Shown: positions 50,747 through 60,759, numbered from the stretch's first letter. The stretch is DNA of 64,000 bases from Acidimicrobiales bacterium (GCA_017883135.1 JADGOE010000008.1:72-64071), one strand, 5' to 3'. The notes: a model not told the origin generated them from the letters alone. A program made the numbers and translations.

Positions 50747-53344
50747 TTAGGGGTGCGCCGACCCAAGTGCAGCGGTGAGCGTGCCGGCCAGCGTTGCCGC
50801 CTCCCGCTGCCCGAAGGCGACGTTGACGGCCAGCCGTTCGAGGATCTGCTCCACGGTGCGCCCGCCCGCGGCCAATGGGTGGGCCTGGACGAAGCCGGTC
50901 ACCTGTTCGGCCAGCTCGGGCGGGGAGCACAGGCCGCGGACGCCATCGAGCATGCGCGGGAGGATGTTGGAGGGGAACTTCTCGACCAGGACGTCCCACT
51001 TCTCGGTGATCTGCTGCCAGGCTGCCGGACCGTTGGCCCGGTTGGCGATCAACGACTGCAGCAGGAACGGCGCGTTCTGGGTGCGGACCTCGGACAGGGC
51101 CAGGTCGAAGGTGCGGGCGGCCAGGTCGGGATCGTTGAACGAAGCGAGGGCGTAGAGGTACCGGTTCTCCTCCTGCGGGTTGGCAGGGGCTCGGTAGCGG
51201 TCCAGAAACGCTTCGTACTCGGACGGTCCGCCGTTGGCCGCGACGATGTCCAAGATCGCCGATTCGGTGTCGGGGTGGAGCGCGGCGGTCGCCGAGCCGG
51301 CAAACCGCCGGGCGGCTTCGGCGACGGTACCGGGGTGGTCCCCGATGGTGCCCAGCCCCCGCAGCACCGATGACCGCAGCGACGGGGTGCGCTCGCCGTC
51401 GTCGGGGCGGGGATCCCACCCGAGGTCGCGCTCCAGCGGCCCGAGCAGTGTGCGGACGGCAGAGGCCAGCACCGGCCGGTCGCCGTCGGGGACGACCCGG
51501 TCGAAGAGGCCCAGGGCTCCGAGCAGCACCGACCACACACTGGGGTCACCCTCGGCCGAGTCCACCAGGGCCTGGGCCAGGCGGAGGAGATCGGACAGGG
51601 GGGCCTGCCCCGAGAGTGAGGCGGCCCAGGCGTCCGACACCAGGTTGTAGCGCTCGAGGGGTGCGAGGTCGCCCATGCCGGCGGCCAGGCGCTCGACCAT
51701 GGCGGTCGGGTAGGAGACCCGGTAGTACCCCGAGCCACCGGCGTTGACCACCACCCCGGTGGAGCCGGTGCCGTCGGCCGCGTGGCTCGCCCGACCCAAC
51801 AGGACGGACAGTGGGTCGAGGCCCGGGTCATCGAGGGACCGGGTCAGCACCGGCACCTGCCAGTGCGACCCGATGGCGCCACCTGGCAGGCCGCGATAGG
51901 AGAACGGGGACTGGGAGAGCGATCCGTCCTCGCCGACCTGCACCAAGGGGTAGCCGCCCTGGTTGATCCAGGTGTCCATGATGGTGCGGACGGCACGGCC
52001 ACTGGAGCGCTCCAGCGCGTCCCACAAGTCGCTGGTCTCGGTGTTCCCGTAGCTGTGGGTGGTGAGGTAGTCGTGGATGCCCTCGCGGAAGACGTCGGCA
52101 CCGAGGAACTGCTCGAGCATGCGTAGGACGCTGCCTCCCTTTTGATAGGTGAGGACGTCGAACATGCCCTGTGCCTCCTCCGGCCGGCCCACCGGAAACT
52201 CGACCGGCCGGGTGGCGTGGAGGCCGTCGACGGCCATGGCTGCCTCCCGTTCCACCCCGAAGCTGACCCACCGCTGCCACTCGGGGCGGAACGCATCCAC
52301 GGCGAGCACCTCCATAAAGGTGGCGAAGGCTTCGTTGAGCCAGATGCCGTTCCACCACTTCATCGTGACCAGGTCACCGAACCACATGTGGGCGATCTCG
52401 TGGCAGATCACATCGGCCACCCGTTCGAGCTCGACCCTGGACGCCTGGGCCGGATCGACCAGCAGCACCGACTCGCGGAAGGTGACGCACCCCAGGTTCT
52501 CCATGGCGCCGAAAGCGAAGTCGGGGATGGCCACCAGGTCGAGCTTGCCGGCCGGGTAGGGGATGCCGAAGTAGTCGGTGAAGAAGTCGAGGGCATGGCT
52601 TCCGACGGCCAGGGCGAACGGGGTCAGGTGGGCCTTGCCGGGTACGTGGACGATGCGCAGGGGGACGCCGCCGACGTCGACCGGGTCGGTGGCCTCGAGC
52701 GGTCCCACGACGAAGGCGACCAGATAGGTCGACATCGCCATGGTGGGTGCGAAGCGGACCCGTCGTTTGCCGCCTGCCTCCACCGTCTCGTCGACCACCG
52801 ATCCGTTGGAGTAGGCCGCCAGGGCGTCGTCGACCACCAAGGTGACCTCGAAGGTTGCTTTCAGCTCGGGCTCGTCGAAACAGGGGAAGGCCCGGCGGGC
52901 GTCGGTGGACTCCATCTGGGTGGTGGCAATGACGCGCTCGCTGCCGGCTTCGTCGACGAAGGTGGAGCGGTAGAAGCCGTGCAACTTGTCGTTGAGGATG
53001 CCGGTGAAGGCCAGGTGTACCGTGGCCGGACCGGTGGCCAGCGGCTCGGCGAAGGTGAGGACGACCCGCTCCTCGTCGCCGTCGAGGGCGATGCCGGACG
53101 GGGCCACTGCATGGCCGTCGTCGGGGTCGCCCGAGTTGAGTTCGGCGATGGTGACCTCGAGCTCGGCGGCGTTGAGGGTGATCGTGGTGGTCGGCTCGTG
53201 GATGGTGACGTCGATCTCCACATCCCCCGCGAAGGTGGCGGCGGCCAGGTCCGGGGTGAGCACCAGGCGGTACGCATGGGGGCGGACCGAGGCGGGCAGG
53301 CGGTAGGCGGAGGTGTCGTCGGCGTCGTTTGTCGGGGTGCTCAT
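50747..53344 (-). CDS. pepN: Aminopeptidase N (M1 family zinc metallopeptidase)
   Basis: 865 aa from the ATG at 53344. GAMENLG exopeptidase motif and the HEIAHMWFGDLVTMKWWNGIWLNEAFA zinc motif (HExxH-x18-E). Confidence 0.92.
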   Translation of the reverse strand: MSTPTNDADDTSAYRLPASVRPHAYRLVLTPDLAAATFAGDVEIDVTIHEPTTTITLNAAELEVTIAELNSGDPDDGHAVAPSGIALDGDEERVVLTFAEPLATGPATVHLAFTGILNDKLHGFYRSTFVDEAGSERVIATTQMESTDARRAFPCFDEPELKATFEVTLVVDDALAAYSNGSVVDETVEAGGKRRVRFAPTMAMSTYLVAFVVGPLEATDPVDVGGVPLRIVHVPGKAHLTPFALAVGSHALDFFTDYFGIPYPAGKLDLVAIPDFAFGAMENLGCVTFRESVLLVDPAQASRVELERVADVICHEIAHMWFGDLVTMKWWNGIWLNEAFATFMEVLAVDAFRPEWQRWVSFGVEREAAMAVDGLHATRPVEFPVGRPEEAQGMFDVLTYQKGGSVLRMLEQFLGADVFREGIHDYLTTHSYGNTETSDLWDALERSSGRAVRTIMDTWINQGGYPLVQVGEDGSLSQSPFSYRGLPGGAIGSHWQVPVLTRSLDDPGLDPLSVLLGRASHAADGTGSTGVVVNAGGSGYYRVSYPTAMVERLAAGMGDLAPLERYNLVSDAWAASLSGQAPLSDLLRLAQALVDSAEGDPSVWSVLLGALGLFDRVVPDGDRPVLASAVRTLLGPLERDLGWDPRPDDGERTPSLRSSVLRGLGTIGDHPGTVAEAARRFAGSATAALHPDTESAILDIVAANGGPSEYEAFLDRYRAPANPQEENRYLYALASFNDPDLAARTFDLALSEVRTQNAPFLLQSLIANRANGPAAWQQITEKWDVLVEKFPSNILPRMLDGVRGLCSPPELAEQVTGFVQAHPLAAGGRTVEQILERLAVNVAFGQREAATLAGTLTAALGSAHP

Positions 53345-53520
53345 GTGGGGCAGGCTACCGTCGGGCCGTGCAGACAGACTCCCAACGCAACGATCCCTCC
53401 CGCCCGGCAACCGAGGGTCGCGGCCTCGGGCCCCGGGCAGCGGACACCGATGGCGGTTCCGCCAGCGGATCCGAAGCCGGTTCCGGCGGCGCTTCCGATG
53501 GTGGTCCCGCCAGCGCAGCC

Positions 53521-54525
53521 GTGGGTCCGAAGCTCGATGTGGTGGCAGTGGGCAACGCTTTGGTCGACGTGCTGGCCTCCGCCACCGACGAGGACCTGGT
53601 GGGACTCGAACTGGTCAAGGGGACCATGGCCCTGGTCGATCACGTCCGCAGCGGTGCCATCTACGCCGCCATGGGACCGACCACCGAGGCGTCCGGCGGC
53701 TCGGCGGCCAACACGGCGGCAGGCGTGGCAGCCCTCGGGGGCCGTGCCGCCTTCCTCGGGCGGGTGGCCGACGACGGGTTGGGCCGGGCGTTCACCCACG
53801 ACATCCGATCGATCGGGGTGGCCTTCGAACCGACTCCGACGGCGGCGATCCCCGGCCAGGTGGTGACCGGCCACTGCCTGGTGCTGGTCACCGACGATGC
53901 CGAGCGCACCATGGCCACCCACCTCGGCGTGGCCTCGGAGTTCGGCTCCGAGGACCTGCACGACGGTCACCTGTCGCTGACCCAGGTCGTCTACCTCGAG
54001 GGCTACCTGTGGGAGCAGCCTTCGGCCAAGGCGGCCATGCGCGAGGCGATCGAGCTCGCCCATGCCAACGATGCGGCCGTGGCCCTCACCGTGTCCGATC
54101 CCTTCTGCGTCGAGCACCACAGGGCCGAATTCCTCGAGATGGTCAACGGCGACCTCGAGATGATCTTCGCCAACGAGGAGGAGATCATGATGCTGTTCGG
54201 CGTCGAGGACTTCGACGCCGCGGTGGAAGCGGTCGCCGAAACCGGAGTGCTCGCCGTGCTGACCCGGGGGGCTGGTGGGTGCGTGGTGGTCACGGCCACC
54301 GGCCCGGTTGCCGTCGCTGCCGCCCCGGTCGAACGGGTGGTCGACACCACCGGAGCCGGCGACCTCTTCGCTGCCGGCTTCCTCTACGGGATCACCAACG
54401 GCCTGTCCCCTGAGGAGTCCGCCCGGTTGGGCGGCGTGTGTGCCGCCGAGGTGATCTCCCACGTGGGTGCCCGTCCCCTGGCCGACTTGCGGGCGTTGGC
54501 CGTGGAGGCCGGACTGCTCAGCTGA
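53521..54525 (+). CDS. PfkB-family kinase, adenosine-kinase-like
   Basis: VVAVGNALVDVL start, GGSAANTAAG, and the C-terminal DTTGAGDLFAAGFLYG (PfkB signature 2). I chose the GTG at 53521; the low-complexity Gly/Ser-rich stretch upstream in the same ORF may or may not be translated. Confidence 0.75.
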   Translation: MGPKLDVVAVGNALVDVLASATDEDLVGLELVKGTMALVDHVRSGAIYAAMGPTTEASGGSAANTAAGVAALGGRAAFLGRVADDGLGRAFTHDIRSIGVAFEPTPTAAIPGQVVTGHCLVLVTDDAERTMATHLGVASEFGSEDLHDGHLSLTQVVYLEGYLWEQPSAKAAMREAIELAHANDAAVALTVSDPFCVEHHRAEFLEMVNGDLEMIFANEEEIMMLFGVEDFDAAVEAVAETGVLAVLTRGAGGCVVVTATGPVAVAAAPVERVVDTTGAGDLFAAGFLYGITNGLSPEESARLGGVCAAEVISHVGARPLADLRALAVEAGLLS

Positions 54526-54629
54526 GCCGGTCTCGTCTCGACAGAGCCCGCGCTACCCGCGCAACTCGCCGGACCAGTGCGGTCAGTGCGGGCTCCGCAT
54601 CTGAGCTCGCTTCAGGCTCCGGCTCCGGC

Positions 54630-55232
54630 TCAGGCCGGTGGGCTGTCGGTGGGTCGGAAGGTGAAGGGCAGGTCGCCGATCCGCACCAGCGCCGATGCCA
54701 CCGACCGCCCGAGCGGCGCCAGTGCCGCGTCGAGGCTCTTCGGGTCGTCGAGGATGGCCTCGTCCAGCTGGCACGACCCTTCGTAGGAGACCTCGACGGC
54801 GCATTCGGGCCCGTCGGCCCCCCCGCTGAGCACCTGTTCGATGGTGGCCGGGCTGCGCAGGAGCGGCTCGTCGCCCAGGACGTCGAGGTGCTCGGGGAGC
54901 GCGTCGAGCAGCGGGCCGACCTCGGGCACACCCGCGAGGCCCTGGACCCGGAAGGCGATCTCCACCAGCACGTCGGGGAGCTCTTCGGGTTCCTCGCCGA
55001 TGGCCCAGCTCCGGTAGGAGGTCTGGCTCCAGGTCGGCCAGTCCAGGCTGGTGTCGACCCGGACCCGGGCCGGTCGCTCCTCACCGGGGAGGCTGTACGA
55101 GGTTTCGAAACTCACGTCGCCGAGGAACACATCCACCTGAAACCGTTCCTCGACCGCTTGACGCTGCAGCAGTGCCGCCTCGAATGCATGTCGGTGGGAG
55201 GCGACGAGTTGGGTGAAGACGTGGTCCAGCAT
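54630..55232 (-). CDS. Acidic conserved hypothetical protein
   Basis: 200-aa ORF with ATG start and protein-like composition, unlike the overlapping Arg-rich alternative frames. I recognise no motif. Confidence 0.55.
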   Translation of the reverse strand: MLDHVFTQLVASHRHAFEAALLQRQAVEERFQVDVFLGDVSFETSYSLPGEERPARVRVDTSLDWPTWSQTSYRSWAIGEEPEELPDVLVEIAFRVQGLAGVPEVGPLLDALPEHLDVLGDEPLLRSPATIEQVLSGGADGPECAVEVSYEGSCQLDEAILDDPKSLDAALAPLGRSVASALVRIGDLPFTFRPTDSPPA

Positions 55233-55258
55233 GGCGGGGCAGAGGCTACCGTTCTTCC

Positions 55259-56140
55259 ATGCCCCCCTCTTCCGAGTCGGCGAAGTCGTTGCCGTGGGTG
55301 GATCGCAGGGTCATCGCCTATGCCCACCAGGGTGGGGCATGGGAGGGTCCGTCCTCCACGCTGCACGCCATTCGGTCGGCCCTCGACGCCGGCGCCACCG
55401 GCATCGAGCTGGACGTGCACGCAACCGCCGACGGCGAACTGGTGGTGTGCCACGATGCCAGCGTCGACCGGACCACCGCCGGCACCGGCCAGATCGCCGA
55501 GCTCACTGCGGCCGAGCTGCGGACGATGGACAACGCCTACTGGTGGGCCCACGGCGCCGATGTGTCGCCCGGGCTCCCCCCTGACCGGTACCCGTTCCGC
55601 GGTCGTGCTCCCTACGACCCGCGTTTCGGGATCGCGCTCTTGGAAGAGGTGCTGGAGGAGTTCGCCGGAGTGGTGCTCAACCTCGACATCAAACAGACGG
55701 CCCCGGCGGTCGAGCCGTACGAGGAGAGGCTGGCGGCGATGCTCCGGCGCTTCGGTCGGGTCGACGACGTCATCGTCGCCTCGTTCATCGACTCCGCCAC
55801 CGATGGCTTCTCCTCGTTCGCCCCCGAGGTGCCGACTTCCGCAGGCACGATGGCAGTCGCGGGGTTCTACCAGGCGGTCCGAGCCGAGGAGCAGCCACCG
55901 CCCATGCGCCACGTGGCACTGCAGGTGCCGGCCACCTACGGCGACGTCACCCTGGTCGACGAGGAGTTCGTCGAGGTGGCCCACCGCCAGGGCCTGGCCG
56001 TGCACGTATGGACCATCGAGGAGGAGTCGGAGATGGAACACCTCTGTGGCCTCGGGGTCGACGGGATCATCACCGATCGGCCGTCTGCCCTGGTGGAGGT
56101 GCTCAACCGCCTCGGTTGTGCATGGAACGCGGAGGGCTGA
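55259..56140 (+). CDS. Glycerophosphodiester phosphodiesterase (GDPD family)
   Basis: 293 aa. IAYAHQGG, GATGIELDVHATADGELVVCHD, VLNLDIK and GVDGIITDRP are GDPD blocks. Confidence 0.85.
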   Translation: MPPSSESAKSLPWVDRRVIAYAHQGGAWEGPSSTLHAIRSALDAGATGIELDVHATADGELVVCHDASVDRTTAGTGQIAELTAAELRTMDNAYWWAHGADVSPGLPPDRYPFRGRAPYDPRFGIALLEEVLEEFAGVVLNLDIKQTAPAVEPYEERLAAMLRRFGRVDDVIVASFIDSATDGFSSFAPEVPTSAGTMAVAGFYQAVRAEEQPPPMRHVALQVPATYGDVTLVDEEFVEVAHRQGLAVHVWTIEEESEMEHLCGLGVDGIITDRPSALVEVLNRLGCAWNAEG

Positions 56141-56215
56141 CCACCTTGATCCTCGGCACCACGTCGGCCCAGGTCACAGGGTTGGCCACCGGCCCGTCGG
56201 CTCGCCCGAGGACGG

Positions 56216-56299
56216 TCAGCCGCGCCCGCAATTCGGCTTCTTGCCGTGGTTGGCCTTCTTCTTGGCCCGGAGCTTGCGCTTGTTGGTTCGTTTCGACAC
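56216..56299 (-). CDS. Unlisted 27-codon sORF resembling actinobacterial ribosomal protein bL37
   Basis: Minus-strand GTG at 56299 to TGA at 56216-56218 gives VSKRTNKRKLRAKKKANHGKKPNCGRG. The highly basic peptide with KANHGK[KR]PN matches my recollection of mycobacterial bL37 (…KANHGKRPN…). It is too short for the ORF track. Confidence 0.55.
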   Translation of the reverse strand: MSKRTNKRKLRAKKKANHGKKPNCGRG

Positions 56300-56352
56300 A
56301 GTTCGGAAATGCTAGTCGCTATGGGTCGTCCGCGGCCAACGGGCGCTAGACG

Positions 56353-56682
56353 GTGGCCTGGTTGCTGCGGGACGGGGACGTGCTGGCCACGGCCGACGTG
56401 GCCGCCGGCCTTGCCCAACGGTCGAAGGGGCTGCTCGGACGGGCCGGCTACGACGGTGCGATGGTGCTGCCCCACACCAGGTCGGTCCATACCGTGGGCA
56501 TGCGCTTCTCCATCGACGTGGCCTTCTGCAACAAGGAGATGGTCGTGGTCGGGGTGACCACGTTGCGACCGTGGCGGGTGAGCGCCCTGCGTCGGGGATG
56601 CCGCTCGGTTGTCGAGGCGGAAGCCGGCTCCTTCGAGCGCTGGGGTCTGAAGGCCGGCGACAAGTTGGAGCTTCGGGGATGA
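56353..56682 (+). CDS. DUF192 domain protein
   Basis: 109 aa. A small beta-rich protein with SVHTVGMRFSIDVAF and VVEAEAGSFERWGLKAGD, typical of DUF192. Its stop overlaps the rsmI ATG (ATGA). Confidence 0.7.
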   Translation: MAWLLRDGDVLATADVAAGLAQRSKGLLGRAGYDGAMVLPHTRSVHTVGMRFSIDVAFCNKEMVVVGVTTLRPWRVSALRRGCRSVVEAEAGSFERWGLKAGDKLELRG

Positions 56683-57695
56683 CCTACCGCGGCGGGGGAG
56701 CAGGGCCCGAGCCCGAGCCGGAACCCGACCCCGACCCCGAGGTCCTCGAGGATCCGGGGTCCGGTGTCGAGCCCGGCGACAGCGGGGCACAGCGGTCGGC
56801 CGGAGGTGCGCTGGTGCTGGTCGGGACCCCCATCGGTAACCTCGCCGACCTGTCACCACGGGCGGTACAGGCGCTCGAGGGCGCCGACGTCATCTACTGC
56901 GAGGACACCAGACACTCGCGGAAGCTGCTCACACACGCCGGCATTACCGGCGCATCGCTGCGGTCGCTCCACGAGCACAACGAGGACGACCGGATCGCGG
57001 AGGTACTGCGGTCGGTCGGGGGGGGCCGCACCATCGCCGTGGTCAGCGACGCCGGTATGCCGGGCATCTCGGACCCGGGGAGCCGGCTGGTGGGGGCGGC
57101 AGCCCGGGCGGGGCTGGTCGTGACGGTGGTGCCGGGGCCTTCCGCCGTCCTCGCTGCACTCGTGTCGAGCGGACTACCCACCGACCGCTTCTGCTTCGAG
57201 GGCTTCCTGCCCCGCTCCGGCAAGGATCGACGGGACCGGGTGGCGTCGGTGGCCCACGAGCTTCGGACCACCGTGCTCTTCGAGGCCCCCGGCAGGGTGG
57301 CCTCCACGTTGCGCGACCTGGCCGAGGCGTGCGGAGGTGAACGGCAGGTGGCGGTGGCCCGTGAACTCACCAAGCTCCACGAGGAGATCTGGAGGGGCAC
57401 CCTCGCCGACGGTGCGACCTGGGCCGAGGAACGTCCACTTCGCGGCGAGGTGGTGTTGGTGCTCGCCGGTGCCGAGGAGGTCGAGGAGCCGCCGGTGGGT
57501 GACGACGTGCTCGCAGCCGCACTGGCCGAGCGGATGGCCTCGGGGGAGCGGACCCGCGGCGTGGTCGACGACATCGCCGCCGCGTTCGAGGTCCCCCGGC
57601 GCCGGGTCTACGACTTGGCCCTGACCTTGCGGGGCACCATCGGCGCGCCGATGGGAGCGGACGCTGGGGCCGGCTCACTTCGCCCGCCGGAATGA
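56679..57695 (+). CDS. rsmI: 16S rRNA (cytidine1402-2'-O)-methyltransferase
   Basis: ATG at 56679. LVLVGTPIGNLADLSPRAVQALEGADVIYCEDTRHSRKLL and VVSDAGMPGISDPG are RsmI/tetrapyrrole-methylase blocks. Has an N-terminal EPEPEPDPDP low-complexity extension. Confidence 0.9.
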   Translation: MTYRGGGAGPEPEPEPDPDPEVLEDPGSGVEPGDSGAQRSAGGALVLVGTPIGNLADLSPRAVQALEGADVIYCEDTRHSRKLLTHAGITGASLRSLHEHNEDDRIAEVLRSVGGGRTIAVVSDAGMPGISDPGSRLVGAAARAGLVVTVVPGPSAVLAALVSSGLPTDRFCFEGFLPRSGKDRRDRVASVAHELRTTVLFEAPGRVASTLRDLAEACGGERQVAVARELTKLHEEIWRGTLADGATWAEERPLRGEVVLVLAGAEEVEEPPVGDDVLAAALAERMASGERTRGVVDDIAAAFEVPRRRVYDLALTLRGTIGAPMGADAGAGSLRPPE

Positions 57696-57696
57696 T

Positions 57697-58308
57697 GTGA
57701 CGGTGCTCGGCGTTGTCGGGACAGGGCCGGTTGGCGGAGCCGTCGTGGACGAGGAAGGACTCGAGATGTTCGGACGCAGTGAGTTGGACGGGGCCCATGC
57801 CCCGGCGATCGCCCCTGATGACGTTCCCGAAGGACTGGACCGGGTGGCGTTCGCCGCCGGTTGCTTCTGGGGAGTGGAGGAGTTCTTGCGGGCGGTGCCG
57901 GGCGTCGTCGACGCCATCTCGGGGTACGAGGGTGGCGAGGTCGACGATCCGACCTACGAGCAGGTGTGCTCGGGCAGCACCGGCCATGCCGAGGCGGTGC
58001 TGGTGACCTTCGACCCGGCCCGGGTCTCGTTGGAGACGCTGCTCGAGGAGTTCTGGCGCCACCACGACCCGACCACCCCCAACCGCCAGGGCCCCGACCG
58101 CGGCACCCAGTACCGCTCGGCGGTGTTCACCCGTGACGAGGTCCAGGAGAAGGCGGTCCGGGCTTCGTTGGACGAGTTCCAGGCCCGGTTCAAGCGCCCC
58201 ATCGTGACCGATGTCGCCCCGGCGTCCACCTTCTGGCCGGCCGACGCGCACCACCAACGCTTCGCCGAGCGGACCGGGCGGGGCGGCTGCCACGTCGCCA
58301 ACTGGTGA
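57697..58308 (+). CDS. msrA: Peptide-methionine (S)-S-oxide reductase
   Basis: AFAAGCFWGVEEFLRAVPGVVDAISGYEGG...GHAEAV. The start is either the GTG at 57697 or the ATG at 57767. Confidence 0.9.
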   Translation: MTVLGVVGTGPVGGAVVDEEGLEMFGRSELDGAHAPAIAPDDVPEGLDRVAFAAGCFWGVEEFLRAVPGVVDAISGYEGGEVDDPTYEQVCSGSTGHAEAVLVTFDPARVSLETLLEEFWRHHDPTTPNRQGPDRGTQYRSAVFTRDEVQEKAVRASLDEFQARFKRPIVTDVAPASTFWPADAHHQRFAERTGRGGCHVANW

Positions 58309-58374
58309 GCGGCGGAGCACGCCTGGGCAGGTAGTGGCCGGCCCGGCCCAGTGGGATCGGTACGCTACCGGGCG

Positions 58375-59883
58375 ATGCCTCGCTACTACATCACCACCCC
58401 GATCTACTACGTGAAGGACGCGCCCCACGTGGGGCACGCCTACACGACCGTCAATGCCGACGCGCTGGCCCGCTGGCATCGGCTCATCGGCGACGAGGTG
58501 TTCTTCCTCACCGGAACCGACGAGCACGGTCAGAAGGTCGCGCGAGCCGCCGAGGAGCAGGGCATGTCCCCCCTCGAGTGGACCGACCAGGTTGCCCCCC
58601 GGTTCGTCGAGGCCTGGGCCGGTCTCGACATCGCCAACGACGACTTCATCCGCACCACCGAGCCCAGGCACCGTGAGGCCGTCCAGCACTTTCTGGGTCG
58701 CATCAACGACAACGGCTACCTGTTCAAGGACGTCTACCGCGGCCTCTACTGCGTGTCCTGCGAGCAGTACTACGGCGAGGACGAGCTGGTGGACGGGAAC
58801 CTCTGCCCGATCCACCGCATGCCCGTGGAGCACCTCGAGGAGGAGAACTACTTCTTCCGGCTGAGCGCCTTCGAGCAGCCCCTGATCGACTGGTACGAGG
58901 CGAATCCCACCGCGGTGGTGCCCGATTCGAAGCGCAACGAGGCGCTCAGCTTCATCAGGGGCGGCCTGCGGGACATCTCCATCACCCGGACGTCGATCGG
59001 CTGGGGGGTCCGGGTCCCCTGGGACGAGCAGCACGTTTTCTACGTCTGGTACGACGCGCTGATCAACTACCTGACCGCCATCGGTTACGGCGACGACGAG
59101 GAGCGGTTCGACGCGTGGTGGCCGGCCGTCCACCATCTCATCGGCAAGGAGATCATCCGCTTCCACTGTGTGTGGTGGCCGGCCATGTGCATGGCCGCCG
59201 GCATCGAGCCACCGGCCCATGTGCAGGTGCACGGCTGGCTGTTGCTGGGCGGCGAGAAGATGTCCAACTCGAGTGTCAACCAGATCTCGCCTGCCAACCT
59301 GGTCGACGAGTACGGGGTGGACCCGGTCCGGTACCACCTGCTCCGCGACGTGCCCCTCGGCACGGACGGGGAGTTTTCGGCGGAGGGCATCGTGAGTCGG
59401 TACAACTCGGACCTGGCCAACAACCTGGGCAACCTGGTGTCGCGGGTGGCCACGGTGGTGGGCTCGAAGTGCGGGGGGATCGGACCGGCCCCCGACCCGG
59501 CCAGCCGCCTGGCCGGGGTGGCGGCCACCGTGGTGGCCGAGGCCGCCGATGCGTGGGCCGCCGGCCAGCCCCACTTGGCGCTCGAGGTGACCTGGAGGCT
59601 GATTCGGGAGACCAACGCGGAGTTGGAGATGGCCGAGCCGTGGAAGTCGGAACCGGGTGCGGGTGTGGACGCGGTGCTGGGCAGCGCCCTCGAGGTGCTG
59701 CGGATCGTGTCGATCCTGGTCGTCCCTGCCATGCCGGCCAGCGCTCAGGAGATCTGGAGGCGGATCGGCCTCGAAGGCTCGCCCGCCGATCAGCGGCTTC
59801 CCGCTGCGGCCGAGTGGGGTGGGTACCGGGCAGGTCGGCCGGTGGAGAAGGGCGCACCGCTCTTTCCCCGGCGCAAGGCGTAG
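58375..59883 (+). CDS. metG: Methionine--tRNA ligase
   Basis: ATG at 58375. YYITTPIYYVKDAPHVGHAYT (HIGH-type motif), GTDEHGQK, and KMSNS (KMSKS-type motif). Confidence 0.93.
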   Translation: MPRYYITTPIYYVKDAPHVGHAYTTVNADALARWHRLIGDEVFFLTGTDEHGQKVARAAEEQGMSPLEWTDQVAPRFVEAWAGLDIANDDFIRTTEPRHREAVQHFLGRINDNGYLFKDVYRGLYCVSCEQYYGEDELVDGNLCPIHRMPVEHLEEENYFFRLSAFEQPLIDWYEANPTAVVPDSKRNEALSFIRGGLRDISITRTSIGWGVRVPWDEQHVFYVWYDALINYLTAIGYGDDEERFDAWWPAVHHLIGKEIIRFHCVWWPAMCMAAGIEPPAHVQVHGWLLLGGEKMSNSSVNQISPANLVDEYGVDPVRYHLLRDVPLGTDGEFSAEGIVSRYNSDLANNLGNLVSRVATVVGSKCGGIGPAPDPASRLAGVAATVVAEAADAWAAGQPHLALEVTWRLIRETNAELEMAEPWKSEPGAGVDAVLGSALEVLRIVSILVVPAMPASAQEIWRRIGLEGSPADQRLPAAAEWGGYRAGRPVEKGAPLFPRRKA

Positions 59884-59892
59884 GCGGGCACG

Positions 59893-60759
59893 GTGGGTGA
59901 CGCGGTCGTCGAGTGGTTCGACTCCCACTGCCACCTCCAAGGGGAGTTCGCCGAGTCCGGCGAGGGATCCGAACCGGGTGCCCACGCCACCAGGCTGACC
60001 GAGACCATCGCCCGGGCCGCCGAGGCCGGTGTCACCAGGATGGTCTGTGTGGGGACCGGTGCCGGCTCGTCCGCCGAGGCGGTCGACCTGGTGCGGGCCA
60101 TGCGCCACCCCGACTCGGTCGCCGTGGCCGAAGGGGTGGAGCTGTGGGCCACCGTGGGGCTCCATCCCCACGATGCCGTCGACGGTGTCGACACGCTCGA
60201 CGCGCTGCTGGCGGCGGAGCTCGGCGCACCGGTCGACGAAGATGGCCTGCGGGTGGTCGTGGGTCTCGGCGAGTGCGGCCTCGACTACCACTACGACCAC
60301 TCGCCGCGTCCCGTGCAGCGCGAGGCGTTCGCCCAACAGATCGAGCTGGCGAACCGCCATGGGCTCACCCTGGTGGTCCACACCCGCGAGGCATGGGACG
60401 ACACACTCGACATCCTTGCCGCGGCCGGGGTTCCCGAGCGGACCATCGTGCACTGCTTCACCGGGGGACCCGAAGAGGCCCGCCGGTGCCTCGACCTCGG
60501 AGCCTCGCTGTCGTTCAGCGGGGTGGTCACGTTCAAGAATGCGGACGACGTCAGGGAGGCCGCCGCCCTCTGTCCCCTCGACCGGCTGCTGGTGGAGACC
60601 GACGCCCCGTTCCTCACTCCGGTACCCCACCGCGGAACCCTCAATGAACCATCGAGGGTTCCGGTGGTCGGTGCCGCAATTGCCCAGGTCAAAGGGGTTG
60701 AGACTCCCGTACTGGCCGAGGTGTCGACCCGCAACGCCCGGGCGATGTTCGCCCTCTGA
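59893..60759 (+). CDS. tatD: TatD-family metal-dependent hydrolase/DNase
   Basis: 288 aa. Motifs: WFDSHCHL, GECGLDYHY, LVVHTREA, VHCFTG, ETDAPFLTPVPHRG. Confidence 0.9.
   Translation: MGDAVVEWFDSHCHLQGEFAESGEGSEPGAHATRLTETIARAAEAGVTRMVCVGTGAGSSAEAVDLVRAMRHPDSVAVAEGVELWATVGLHPHDAVDGVDTLDALLAAELGAPVDEDGLRVVVGLGECGLDYHYDHSPRPVQREAFAQQIELANRHGLTLVVHTREAWDDTLDILAAAGVPERTIVHCFTGGPEEARRCLDLGASLSFSGVVTFKNADDVREAAALCPLDRLLVETDAPFLTPVPHRGTLNEPSRVPVVGAAIAQVKGVETPVLAEVSTRNARAMFAL

Noticed and set aside
50637-51536. Upstream 300 codons of the 504-aa ORF 50022-51536
   Set aside because: It overlaps the 3' end of pepN in another frame and has low-complexity Arg/Pro composition. The UPF0016 homology starts at the GTG at 50636.
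53329-53520. Gly/Ser/Ala-rich N-terminal 64 codons of the PfkB kinase ORF
   Set aside because: It is low-complexity (GGSASGSEAGSGGASDGG), overlaps the pepN promoter/start region, and is absent from typical PfkB kinases. A start at the GTG at 53521 is preferred, although translation from further upstream cannot be excluded.
56695-56760. gagcccgagcccgagccggaacccgaccccgaccccgag repeat, and the similar ggctccggctccggctc at 54610-54630
   Set aside because: These are short low-complexity triplet/hexamer runs. The first is in-frame in the RsmI N-terminal extension (EPEPEPDPDP). They are not CRISPR or regulatory repeats.
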